Below, piece by piece: positions 10,685 through 19,856 of a DNA stretch of 64,000 nucleotides. Position numbers and translations under genes: made by a program. Within the stretch, counting starts at the first letter, position 1. Every line of letters begins with the position of its first letter. Under the pieces are notes generated by a model, which was given only the letters and a program-made list of their open reading frames with translations, was not told where the DNA came from and did no database searches. Location of the stretch: contig CAVZDU010000002.1 of assembly GCA_963774265.1 (NCBI GenBank), forward strand, positions 800,001 to 864,000. The letters run 5' to 3'. The stretch comes from an uncultured Chloroflexia bacterium (lineage in GTDB: Bacteria > Chloroflexota > Anaerolineae > CG2-30-64-16).

Positions 10685-11434
10685 ATGAAGAACACCCCTG
10701 AAATTCCCTGGGAAACGATCTACAGATTCACGCTTTCCTGCGGTCAGATACATGAACCAAAGGCCTTCACTGCTCAAGTTTTGAAGGGCCTCCCGGATCT
10801 ATGCGGCTTCGACCGGGCAACCGTGTATTACTATGATGCCACTGGAAGGATCTGTGATCAGTATCTGACGGATAATGACAAACAATGGAGCGCCCTGTAT
10901 CTTGAGTTTTACTCCAACTATCAGCACGGACGGTATGGCCTCCAGCGGCGCTTGATGGAGGATCCCAGCAAGCCTTTGGTCAGCCTGCGGGACTGGATGA
11001 ATGAGCCTCCGAATGAGTTTATTACCGAATTCATTCGTCCGCGCAATCTGAAGTATTCCCTCGGCTTTTGTCTGTTCGACATTAACGGCATGACCAGAAG
11101 TCTATTTTGCCTGGACAGGAAAACGGACGAAAACTTCTCGAAAGATGAGGTTATTGCCCTGTCCCTGGCGGTTCCGCAGCTTAACAATCTGTTCAAGAAT
11201 CTCTACTATCATCCGGCGAGTCACGACAGTTCCGAACAGATTTCCTGGGAAACGGCCTGTCTGACTTCCAGGGAAAACGACATTGCGAATCTGCTGTGCC
11301 AGGGCCTGACCCCGACCAACATCAGCCAATTGCTACATATTTCTCTATCAACAACGAACAAACATATCGCTCATATCTACAAGAAGATGCAGGTTTCCAC
11401 CAGACAGCAGCTCCTGGTGCGTATGCTGCACTGA
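10685..11434 (+). CDS. LuxR-family transcriptional regulator (GAF-like N-terminus plus HTH)
   Basis: C-terminal LTSRE..IA.LL..G.....IS..L.IS..T...HI..IY.K. Confidence 0.85.
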   Translation: MKNTPEIPWETIYRFTLSCGQIHEPKAFTAQVLKGLPDLCGFDRATVYYYDATGRICDQYLTDNDKQWSALYLEFYSNYQHGRYGLQRRLMEDPSKPLVSLRDWMNEPPNEFITEFIRPRNLKYSLGFCLFDINGMTRSLFCLDRKTDENFSKDEVIALSLAVPQLNNLFKNLYYHPASHDSSEQISWETACLTSRENDIANLLCQGLTPTNISQLLHISLSTTNKHIAHIYKKMQVSTRQQLLVRMLH

Positions 11435-11460
11435 AGCGCACGAGCACATCAGACTCAATA

Positions 11461-11498
11461 ATGAAAGGGCATATTGCATTGCCAATATGCCCTTTCAT
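11461..11498. terminator. Bidirectional terminator hairpin between convergent genes
   Basis: Perfect inverted repeat ATGAAAGGGCATATTG / CAATATGCCCTTTCAT. Confidence 0.75.
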
Positions 11499-11511
11499 CC
11501 AGGGGTTAGGG

Positions 11512-12390
11512 TTAGGACTTCTCGATCGCATCCAGGAACTTTTCGAGTTCTTTCTCTTCCATGTGGTAGCCGTGCTTATCCTCAGGATAAGCGCCGCTGC
11601 GAACGTCTTCTGCCCAATCAGCATAGGCTTCAACGGCCCACGGGAAGAAGTCAGCATAAGACTTGGCGTGAGAAGTCGGGCTGGGCATCATGTTGAACGT
11701 GTCGAGGTCGACCATCTCACAGCCATCTGCAGCGCCGCCGGCGGCGATGGAGATCACGGGCACGCGCAGTTTCTTTGCGATGGCGTTGGTGACCTCGATC
11801 GGAGTCAGTTCGATGGTCATCGCCTTCATGCCGTTCTCTTGATACTCATAGGCCATGCGGAAGACCCTCATAGCTTCCTCGGCGGTCCTGCCCAGGCGCT
11901 TGTAGCCGCCCTGTGCGGCCGTCTGCCAGCCAGACAGCGCGCCCACATGGCCGAATACTACCAGGTAGTTATCGGTCATATACTTCAGGGTTTCGTTGCT
12001 GACGCCCATGGGAAGCAGGGAGTCGGCGCCGGCGTACATATAGGCGGCGCCAGTCGCCACGGCCTTTTCCTTGGAGGCATAGGTCGTCGTATCCATGTAG
12101 AAGTTGATGTGGATAAGCTTTGCGGCGTTGCGGACGATGCGGATCCACCATTCGGCGATATGGCTTTGCCATTCCATATTCGCAGTGCCGTCGCCGGGAA
12201 CGGTCAGCCGACAAACGTCGCAGCCGGCCATCTCAGCGGCCATGACCCAAAACTGATCTCTGATTGCGGGGCACATCTGCACGATCGGGGTGCCCTCGTC
12301 CTTGAGCTTCTGCAGATAGGCGATGGACTTGCGGCCCTTCACCATCAAGGAACCCTTGACATTCTTGTCTTCCGATTTGATCTCTGCCAT
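11512..12390 (-). CDS. PanB-like (ketopantoate hydroxymethyltransferase fold) protein, atypical
   Basis: GHVG, GGYK.LGRT, TIE, L.VPVISI.AG..ADG and V.SG.YP...H match PanB; the canonical GDS and KxEG motifs are missing. Confidence 0.7.
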   Translation of the reverse strand: MAEIKSEDKNVKGSLMVKGRKSIAYLQKLKDEGTPIVQMCPAIRDQFWVMAAEMAGCDVCRLTVPGDGTANMEWQSHIAEWWIRIVRNAAKLIHINFYMDTTTYASKEKAVATGAAYMYAGADSLLPMGVSNETLKYMTDNYLVVFGHVGALSGWQTAAQGGYKRLGRTAEEAMRVFRMAYEYQENGMKAMTIELTPIEVTNAIAKKLRVPVISIAAGGAADGCEMVDLDTFNMMPSPTSHAKSYADFFPWAVEAYADWAEDVRSGAYPEDKHGYHMEEKELEKFLDAIEKS

Positions 12391-12412
12391 TATTGTTTCT
12401 CCCTTTGCTGAC

Positions 12413-12886
12413 TTAAGCGTTGGCATTGATGGAGTCGATTGCCTTCCTCACCAGCAAATCGTCTTTCAGCGGCTCTAGATCCTCGCCGAGAAAATCCTTC
12501 ACCATCTCGATCGGCATTTGCTGGCGAACAGATATGGCCTTCGCCTCTTCCTCCAATTCTTCTTTGGTTACTTCAAAGTGCGCTACTTCTATGATTCGCT
12601 TGAGCACCAGTCTGGTCTTCACCAGCTTGAAGGCTTCTTCTCTGAACTTTTCCATACGATCGGCCATCTCATCCTGCGTGAAGCCGATATACCGGTTGGA
12701 CGCCAGGCTCTCGTATTTCAGCTGATGATTCAGTTCGAGGACCATCATGCTGACTTCGCCGTCGACCAGGTCCTGCGGTACCTCGACGTCCGTGGCTTCC
12801 AGGACCTTCTCGAGTATCGCGTCCTCTATCCGCATTTCTGCGTTCCTGGTGGACGGCGCGTTTTTGACCCGCTTCACTATTGTCAC
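12413..12886 (-). CDS. Trigger factor C-terminal-domain-only protein
   Basis: ILEKV.E...VEVPQ.LVD.E, EA.K.VK..LVL..I, EVT.EE and KAID match Trigger_C; no ribosome-binding or FKBP domain. Start uncertain. Confidence 0.7.
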   Translation of the reverse strand: MTIVKRVKNAPSTRNAEMRIEDAILEKVLEATDVEVPQDLVDGEVSMMVLELNHQLKYESLASNRYIGFTQDEMADRMEKFREEAFKLVKTRLVLKRIIEVAHFEVTKEELEEEAKAISVRQQMPIEMVKDFLGEDLEPLKDDLLVRKAIDSINANA

Positions 12887-12932
12887 TCCGACTCAAATCC
12901 ACAGTACGTTATGGGATGACAGCCGATAGTCA

Positions 12933-12963
12933 AAGAGGCACATCTGTTTCAGATGTGCCTCTT
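12933..12963 (-). terminator. Stem-loop
   Basis: 14-bp perfect inverted repeat AAGAGGCACATCTG-TTT-CAGATGTGCCTCTT. Confidence 0.65.
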
Positions 12964-12976
12964 CGGTCAATGTCGC

Positions 12977-13192
12977 TCAGGCATCCAGCGCATCTATTCT
13001 CCCGAGGATATCTTTCTTAGCCTCCTCGGAGAAGCCAGCCTGGGGGAAATTGAGCAGGAGACTTATGCGCATCCCCATGACGGGTCCCATCTGGGGATCA
13101 CTGGCGAAGCCGGGCTTGTACTCCTCGATGATCGCGACGGCGCGAGGATCCGCAAGGATTTCCTTCAATTTGCTCCTGGAATTGATGGCCAT
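12977..13192 (-). CDS. Small hypothetical protein (71 aa)
   Basis: ATG with AAAGGA RBS; operonic position; plausible helical protein. Confidence 0.7.
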   Translation of the reverse strand: MAINSRSKLKEILADPRAVAIIEEYKPGFASDPQMGPVMGMRISLLLNFPQAGFSEEAKKDILGRIDALDA

Positions 13193-13257
13193 GATTGTCT
13201 TCCTTTCATCGGATTACTTATCTGCATCACCGGCTCTGCCGACGACGGATCTACTTC

Positions 13258-14157
13258 TCAGGCGTGCTTGCCGCCCTCCATGGTGTAGCTCCAGGGCTTC
13301 GCCTGGAAGGAGAACTGGCTGCCGCCGTCCACTTCTATCAGCTGGCCGTACATGAAGTTGGAGATGTCTGTGCACATAGCCACTATCATCAGCGCCACCT
13401 CATCTGGTGTGGTGGAGATAGGGGTGCCCAGGCCGTAGGTCTTAACTTCGTGGTCCCACTCCGCGCCGTACAGGGCGGAGGACTTGAGGTTATTCATCAT
13501 GGCGCCGGGGGTGAGCATGCCGCCGGGGGCAACGCAGTTCACGTTAATGCCGTACTGCTTGAGTTCCTTAGCCATGCCCTTTGTCATGCCCAAAACGCCG
13601 GCCTTGGCCGCGTTGTAGTTGGTCATCATGGCAAGCTTAGTCATATCATCGCCGCGGTGGGCAACGGAGGCGATTGTGACAACCTTGCCGCCCTTGCCCC
13701 CGCGGATCATACTGCGAGCAGCAGCCTGCACAGTGAAGTACTGGCCCTTCAGGTCGGTGTCGATGACATCGTCCCACTCCTCCTCCTTCATATCCACGAA
13801 GGCGCGGGCTCCCCAGGTGGCTGCCGCGGGTACGACGATGTCCACGGTACCGTAGGTTTTCTCCGCAAACTCGGCGAGGGCGTAGCAATCATCCACTTTG
13901 CGTACGTCGGTCTTGCAATAGCTGACGTCGTATCCCTTGTCTTTTAGGGTCTCCTCGGCCAGCTTGCCCCATTCCTCGGTACGACTGCCGAACACGACCC
14001 GGGCGCCGCACTCTGCCAGACGGTTGATCACGAAGAGCGCCAAACCCACGGTGCCGGTGACGACTGCCACCTTGCCGGTTAGGTCAAACATCCTGCTAAT
14101 CGGCTTGAGGTCTTCCAGTGGGTCCGAGGACATGTAGAATAGAGTCTCGTTATCCAA
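13258..14157 (-). CDS. Short-chain dehydrogenase/reductase (FabG-like SDR)
   Basis: GKVAVVTG, YNAAK (YxxxK), GINVNCVAPG, G..IEVDGG; glycine-rich motif is degenerate (TGTVGLA). Probable TTG start after AGGA. Confidence 0.85.
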   Translation of the reverse strand: MDNETLFYMSSDPLEDLKPISRMFDLTGKVAVVTGTVGLALFVINRLAECGARVVFGSRTEEWGKLAEETLKDKGYDVSYCKTDVRKVDDCYALAEFAEKTYGTVDIVVPAAATWGARAFVDMKEEEWDDVIDTDLKGQYFTVQAAARSMIRGGKGGKVVTIASVAHRGDDMTKLAMMTNYNAAKAGVLGMTKGMAKELKQYGINVNCVAPGGMLTPGAMMNNLKSSALYGAEWDHEVKTYGLGTPISTTPDEVALMIVAMCTDISNFMYGQLIEVDGGSQFSFQAKPWSYTMEGGKHA

Positions 14158-14331
14158 GTGTCCTTTTCCTTTCTTGATAAATCCCACCACAGCAACTATA
14201 TTACAGCGCTGGCAAATGAGGTGGCAATACACAGAATTGTGCATAAAACATTATCAGATTTGAGTATTCGACAAGCAGTAAGTCGCTGATACACTTAGCT
14301 GTCAAAGTATTATTCGAAGGTAAACAGCAAA

Positions 14332-15909
14332 ATGCCCAAGGAAATCGTATATAGCGAAGATATCCGGAGAAGAATGCAATCCGGTGTAGATAAGCTTGCA
14401 GACGTGGTGAAAACCACATTGGGGCCACAAGGTTGCAATGTCGTGATCCAAAGTCCCTCTGGTGCGCCGTTAGTGACGAATGACGGCGCGACGATCGCTA
14501 AGGCAATCGAACTGGAGGACTGTGTAGAGAATATGGGCGCGAGGTTGATAAGGGAGGCGGCCCTAAAGACCAAAGATGTGGTCGGCGATGGATCGACTAC
14601 TGCAACGGTGCTGGCACAGTGCATCATCCGGGAAGGATTCAAGAATGTAGCTTCTGGCGCTAACACTGTGGAACTGAAAAAAGGAATCCAGGGGGCGACT
14701 CAGTTGGCCGCTGCAGCCATCAGAAAGCTGGCCAGGCCTGTTGAAACTCGGGAAGCCCTCGCGCAGGTCGCGGCGACATCGGCTGAAGATACTGGCATTG
14801 GCGAGATGATCGCACAAGCCATGGAAAAAGTGGGGAGGGATGGCGTCATCACGGTGGATGAGTCCGAAAGCAGAGACACCGTCCTGACCGTGAGGGAAGG
14901 TATGCAGCTTGATGTCGGCTATCTAGCTCCCGAGATGGTCACCGACAAGAAAAAGATGGTCGCGGAGCTGAACGATCCATACATCCTGATCACCGACCGG
15001 AAAATCGCCGATCCGCAGGAGCTTGTTCCTCTACTGGAGCAGATCGCGGCGCAGGGCAGACCACTGCTGATCATTGCGGAGGGTGTGGAAGGCGGAGCGC
15101 TGGGTATGCTGGTGATCAATAAGATGAACGGCGTGCTCAATGCGGTTGCCGTACATCCGCCTGCCTATGGTGACGGAAGAAGGACCAGAATGGAAGATCT
15201 GGCACTTCTGACCGGCGGCGCCTTCATCACCGAAGATATGGGCTATTCGCTGCAAAAGACAACGCCCGGTATGTTAGGCAGCGCAGCGTTCGTCAGGGTC
15301 GAAAAGAAGAAGACCATCATCATTGGCGGAGCCGGCGATAAGAAAGCGTTGGCGGCAAGGATCCAAAATCTTCGGATGCTGATTGAAAAGGCAGAATATG
15401 ACTTCGACACGAAACAGCTGGAGGAGCGGCTGGCGAAGCTGAGCAGCGGCGTGGCTGTCATCAAAGTGGGAGGCGCTACCGAAATTGAGATCAGGGAGAA
15501 GAAGCTGCGGGTGGAGCATGCGCTTAGCGCTGCCAGGGCAGCTATGGCAGAGGGAATCGTCCCCGGCGGCGGCGTCGCGTATATCAACATTATGCCGGCT
15601 ATAAGAGCCTATGTCGAAACCTTGTCCGGCGACATGAAGACCGGCGCGGCGATCATTCTGAAAGCTTTGGTGGAACCAGCCCGTCAGAACGCTGTGAATG
15701 CGGGTATGGAAGGCAGCTCGATCATTGCCGAAGTGAAGCGGCGCCCGGCAGGCGTTGGTTTCAATGCGGTGACGAAGGAATACACAAACATGATGGCGTC
15801 AGGGATCGTGGATTCTGCCAAGGGGGTCCGCCTTGCCCTACAGTCTGCCGCTTCTGTTTCGGCCGTACTGCTGACCGTCGAAGCCGGTGTCGCGGACACG
15901 AAAAAATAG
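14332..15909 (+). CDS. groL: Chaperonin GroEL paralog, divergent, with no adjacent groES
   Basis: TLGP.G.NV, TNDG, GDGSTT, ERLAKL..GVAVIKVG and EGIVPGGG motifs; no GGM tail. Confidence 0.9.
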   Translation: MPKEIVYSEDIRRRMQSGVDKLADVVKTTLGPQGCNVVIQSPSGAPLVTNDGATIAKAIELEDCVENMGARLIREAALKTKDVVGDGSTTATVLAQCIIREGFKNVASGANTVELKKGIQGATQLAAAAIRKLARPVETREALAQVAATSAEDTGIGEMIAQAMEKVGRDGVITVDESESRDTVLTVREGMQLDVGYLAPEMVTDKKKMVAELNDPYILITDRKIADPQELVPLLEQIAAQGRPLLIIAEGVEGGALGMLVINKMNGVLNAVAVHPPAYGDGRRTRMEDLALLTGGAFITEDMGYSLQKTTPGMLGSAAFVRVEKKKTIIIGGAGDKKALAARIQNLRMLIEKAEYDFDTKQLEERLAKLSSGVAVIKVGGATEIEIREKKLRVEHALSAARAAMAEGIVPGGGVAYINIMPAIRAYVETLSGDMKTGAAIILKALVEPARQNAVNAGMEGSSIIAEVKRRPAGVGFNAVTKEYTNMMASGIVDSAKGVRLALQSAASVSAVLLTVEAGVADTKK

Positions 15910-16030
15910 ACGCCTGCTGCCTGCGGATGCCGAGCCGGCGGGCGATCTGGCCCACCGAGTCCCCCAACGCCAGCCCTCGGGCGATCTCCCGCTGCCGTCC
16001 GGTCACCACCGCCCCCGTCGCGAGTTAAAC

Positions 16031-16061
16031 AAAAAGGGCCGCAGCTACACGCTGCGACCCC
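16031..16061 (-). terminator. Rho-independent terminator (minus strand)
   Basis: Minus strand reads GGGGTCGCAGC-GTGTA-GCTGCGGCCC-TTTTT. Confidence 0.7.
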
Positions 16062-16086
16062 GGGAGTCTTACACCGCCGACAGGTC

Positions 16087-16239
16087 CTATGCCTGTGGAT
16101 CTTTTATTTTCTCGTCGACACTCCAGACGATGCGGGCCACCCGGCCCTTCTCTACGATGAGCGTAACGCTACCGAAGCCTCCGGCCTGGACGATCAACTG
16201 CACCAGTTTCCAAAGACGCTCGGCCAGGAAACTCGGCAC
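16087..16239 (-). CDS. 50-aa small protein resembling DUF2292/YezD (not in the ORF track)
   Basis: GGAGG then GTG; translates VPSFLAERLWKLVQLIVQAGGFGSVTLIVEKGRVARIVWSVDEKIKDPQA*; followed by a terminator. Confidence 0.55.
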   Translation of the reverse strand: MPSFLAERLWKLVQLIVQAGGFGSVTLIVEKGRVARIVWSVDEKIKDPQA

Positions 16240-16369
16240 CGAGTCGCCTCCGAACTTGAGATGAGCCGATTATACGCGACTTCACGATTTGAGACAAATG
16301 TACTACCGGAGGCGTCGGGATGCAAGGGGACAAGTGTTGCAGGGCTGGGGCGCGTCCCACTCCACTGCG

Positions 16370-16587
16370 TGCTGACGCACGCGACCTGCTGTCGCACCTT
16401 CCGCGCAACGGGCAGCACCACCTATCTGCAAAATGGTGGTACGATTGAGCACGCCCAGCAGATCGCGCCGCACTTCGTGCGGGTCACGAATCGCCAGCCA
16501 TGACCAAGTTGTATGACCCTACGAGCGACGCCATCAGGGCTGAGGCTAGGCCTCAGCCTGGATGAGATCGAGCGGATTCTGATCTGA
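16370..16587 (+). pseudogene. Tyrosine recombinase C-terminal remnant
   Basis: CCRTFRATGSTTYLQNGGTIEHAQQIA...TKLYD...SLDEIERILI, spread over several frames. Confidence 0.75.
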
Positions 16588-16849
16588 TCATTGGCGTTGG
16601 CCTCCGTGTTGGGGCTTTCTAACGCTCGTCGTTTGCGATATGGTGCTTGGAGCGCATGACATTAGGAAGTTCCCGCATGTTCAGTGTTTGGGACGCCGTA
16701 TGCCAATCCGTGCATGCCCCTCTATGTGGGTAAACAAGAGGGAATCATCCATCCATGCGGAGCTAGGCGGAAAGGAAACGATCTGCTTTTCGTGCCTACC
16801 GGGGGATTAGGCGGAATGGATTCCGCATAATAACGAGATGTCTTAGCAA

Positions 16850-17683
16850 ATGGAGGATGACTTCATGACCAGGCGAGGTTTTCTAAAGGCATCAAGTGCG
16901 GCAACGGCGGGTGCCGTGACCGCGGTGGGCAATACCGGAATCGCGAGCGCCACCGATAAGCCCCGCACCTTCGTCCTGGTGCATGGTGCGTGGCACGGGG
17001 GCTGGTGCTGGCGTCGTGTAGCCGATGTTCTCAGGGCTCGCGGGCACAGGGTTTTCGCGCCAAGCCTCACCGGATTGGGGGATCGCGCGCATCTCTTCTC
17101 CAAGGACATTTCGCTGCAGACCCATGTGGAAGACATCCTTTCCGTGGTTGAAACTGAGGAGTTGAGCGACTTCGTTCTCGTTGGACATAGCTATGGAGGC
17201 TTTGTGATCTCTGGCGTCGCAGACACACTCCGGGAGCGCGTGTCTCGCTATGTTTACTTGGATGGTAGTGTTCCACCCGATATGTCGCCAGGCGCATCCT
17301 TCAGCTGGGCCGGCTTTAATCCTCCCGAGGCACGTGAAGCGCGATTGAAGTCGGTGCGAGAACAGGGTAAGGGTGTGGCGCTCCCGGCACCTCCGCCCAG
17401 TGCCTTCGCTGTGACCAAGCCTTCGGACGTGGCTTGGCTGCAGCGGCACTTGCGGCCTATGCCAGTCGGCACCTATATCGGAACCTTTACGTTCAAGAAC
17501 TCTGGGAGCAATGGATTGAAGCGCACCTACATTGCTTCGATCAAACCACCCTATGCTTTGCTCGTCCCTACCCATAACCGTATAAGGGGTGACAATACCT
17601 GGTCGTTCACGACCATAGAGGCAGGCCACGACTCAATGGTGACAGCCCCTGACGAGCTGGCTTCTCTGTTAATGGTGGTCTGA
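16850..17683 (+). CDS. Tat-exported alpha/beta hydrolase (esterase)
   Basis: TRRGFLK signal; FVLVHGAWHGGWCW; GHSYGG nucleophile elbow; AGHD. Confidence 0.88.
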   Translation: MEDDFMTRRGFLKASSAATAGAVTAVGNTGIASATDKPRTFVLVHGAWHGGWCWRRVADVLRARGHRVFAPSLTGLGDRAHLFSKDISLQTHVEDILSVVETEELSDFVLVGHSYGGFVISGVADTLRERVSRYVYLDGSVPPDMSPGASFSWAGFNPPEAREARLKSVREQGKGVALPAPPPSAFAVTKPSDVAWLQRHLRPMPVGTYIGTFTFKNSGSNGLKRTYIASIKPPYALLVPTHNRIRGDNTWSFTTIEAGHDSMVTAPDELASLLMVV

Positions 17684-17715
17684 AACCCATGCGGTTATGT
17701 CCACCATGGACCGGC

Positions 17716-17811
17716 ATCTAACCACCGCATGGAGCCGACGCAACCGCTTTGCGGTAAGCGTCGACTCTGAAGCCTGTCATGCGGTTGCACGGCTCATGCG
17801 GCACCTTGGGC
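17716..17811 (+). repeat. attC-like integron cassette recombination site
   Basis: R'' ATCTAAC; arms CGCATgGAGCCGaCGCAACCGC / GCGGTTGCACGGCTCATGCG with two unpaired bases; degenerate R' CTTGGGC; about 30 bp after the stop codon. Confidence 0.65.
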
Positions 17812-18166
17812 AATCAAGTGACTCGCACCTGCGCCCTCGCAGAAGTGTTGCGGAGGCTACCGGCAGTCCGCTCTGCGCCTTGCGCTTAGTTCAATAGCCC
17901 TTATGAGAAAGCAAACACCCTTGCCCCCCCGGCGTACATCATCCAAGCCTCCACAAAGAGACCTTAGGGGAAGCTGACTGTGGGAGGCCTCGGAAGACGG
18001 ACTTCAAGGAATGCTTCGCTGCCAATGATGTATCCAGATCGACTCATGCCGCGATCCGCAGGACAATGAGCAGTGAGGTAGCCGTGGAGAACCAATCGCG
18101 CCGCATTCGGCCGGTGGTCACGAGCCAAAGCATATTGCACAAGGCCGGTGCGCGTCCGCCCACCAC

Positions 18167-18585
18167 CTACCCCCGCCGCCCCACGTACGGCACGTACAGG
18201 CTCCGGCTCGCCCGGCGCTTCACTTCCTCGCCCCGCCGATCGTAGCCCGCGGTCGTCGTCGGCGAGGAATGGCCCATCAGCTTCTGCACGGTCACCAGGT
18301 CGCTGCCGCGCCGTCGAACACGTACGCCACCCGGACCTTGTCGCCCTTGCCCCGGATGGTCAGGTCGCCCTCGTCCTCGCTCGTCGCGCGATAGTCGGCC
18401 AACTGCAGCCCCGCCAGCTCCGCGCGGCGTGCGCCGGTGGCTCAGACCAGGGCGATCAGGGCCGCGTCCCGCACGCCCGCGGTCTTCGGATCGCGCGCAC
18501 AGGCCGACAGGAGCGCCATCAGCTCGCCGGCTGACAGGTGCCGACCCTTCTGGCCGCGCTGCCCGCGCACGTCCCCGACCGGCGC
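18167..18585 (-). pseudogene. Tyrosine recombinase partial copy A (internal deletion, C-terminus retained)
   Basis: Nearly identical DNA to parts of 21503-22040; retains LMGHSSPTTTAGYDRR; lacks the N-terminus and the H-x-x-R segment. Confidence 0.85.
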
Positions 18586-18676
18586 AGCAGTAGTTGTAAT
18601 GGCCATTGGCGTGCTCGATGCACTCGAAGCTTGCCTCGCCCTTCGGGCATCCAGCGCCCGTCTCTGAGCAGAACAC

Positions 18677-18705
18677 TTGACTTGCCCATTAACTAAGCCT
18701 ATAAT
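18677..18705 (+). promoter_or_regulatory. Near-consensus sigma70 promoter
   Basis: TTGACT-N17-TATAAT pointing into the 19-21.4 kb genes. Confidence 0.7.
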
Positions 18706-19000
18706 ATTTTCAGTGCTACGGCTTCGTAGCCGGCCTTCTACTCCCGCCCGGCGGGCCCTTCGCTGCCCCTGGCCCGCCTGGCGAGCACCATCAACGGGCA
18801 CGAGGAGGTGGGCCCACAGTTACGGCCATCCACACGCATTCCCAGTTCTTCCGCTTTTGTTGTCCGACTGACTCAAGGGGATGAACCGCATGACCCGTCT
18901 TTTCATGCCGGCCATCTTGTTCCTGGCACTTTTCGCGTTGCCAGGCGCCGCGTTGGCCGCCCCCCCGGCCCTCTGCACGCCTTCAAGGAGGTCATGAACA

Positions 19001-19429
19001 ATGGAAGCCCTGAAATGGAAGACAAGAATCGCGGTACTGTGGCTCATAGCTGCTGAGGCCTTTTCGGCGCACATGATCCAGGTGACCATAGACCCGGTCA
19101 CTATGAAGAAGATGCTTGAATGGGGCGCGACGATACCCGCCGAAGGATGGCTATTTGGGGTAAGCTACTGGCTGATTCCTCTATGGATGGCATTCGTGAC
19201 AGTTGCCGTGAAAGGGCCGTCCAACCGCTGGGCGAACTTCGTACTGGGCATAATCGGTACGCTTCTCGGCACCTACCACTTCTTCATGTGTGGCGTGCCT
19301 TTGTCTTTTGTGCCGCCGGGTCCCGTGACAGAGCCAACTGTATATCACATACTGCTCCTGGCTACGGCACTTGTGGCGACAGTACTGATTACCTGGTATG
19401 CATGGAGGTGGCCCAAGCAAGAAGCGTGA
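19001..19429 (+). CDS. Membrane protein (DUF6326-like)
   Basis: K.RIAVLW, IPLWMAF, NRWAN.VLG and I.WYAW.WP pattern; about 4 TM segments; AAGGAGG RBS. Confidence 0.7.
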   Translation: MEALKWKTRIAVLWLIAAEAFSAHMIQVTIDPVTMKKMLEWGATIPAEGWLFGVSYWLIPLWMAFVTVAVKGPSNRWANFVLGIIGTLLGTYHFFMCGVPLSFVPPGPVTEPTVYHILLLATALVATVLITWYAWRWPKQEA

Positions 19430-19485
19430 GCTATGAGCCTGTACACCTCGTCTTAAGCCAACACCAGATGGAAGGAGAAACAAAC

Positions 19486-19848
19486 ATGCATAGCGATCGA
19501 GAAGGTATCCCCATCATATTTCAGGCCGGTCCTGCCTATGGCCGGCAAATTGAATGGGGAGGCATGGATGGAGGTTTCTGGGCTTTTCCGGCAGGGTTTG
19601 ATTCCACCCCGTTATTCACAGGGCTGCCCTTCGGTTGCGAGTGTCCCCATTGGGGCTACTTGCTCAAGGGCAGAATGCGGGTGAAATATGCCGACCACGA
19701 AGAAGTCGTCACGGCAGGGGAAGCCTACTATCTGGCGCCGGGTCACCTCCCTGTGATGGAAGAAGATTGTGAGATGGTCGAATTCAGCCCCAAAGACGAA
19801 AGTCGGAAGATGCTGATGTTCGCCGGTCGTAGTATGGCGCCAAAGTAA
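19486..19848 (+). CDS. Cupin domain protein
   Basis: CECPHWGY.LKG, AGEAYYL.PGH.P and EFSP motifs; AAGGAG RBS. Confidence 0.8.
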   Translation: MHSDREGIPIIFQAGPAYGRQIEWGGMDGGFWAFPAGFDSTPLFTGLPFGCECPHWGYLLKGRMRVKYADHEEVVTAGEAYYLAPGHLPVMEEDCEMVEFSPKDESRKMLMFAGRSMAPK

Positions 19849-19856
19849 CCCGGCGG

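Noticed and set aside
11296-12411. 371-aa plus-strand ORF
   Set aside because: Antisense shadow of the PanB-like gene; no recognisable motifs.
14160-14331. CIRCE element or groES upstream of groEL
   Set aside because: No TTAGCACTC-N9-GAGTGCTAA and no ~95-aa ORF seen.
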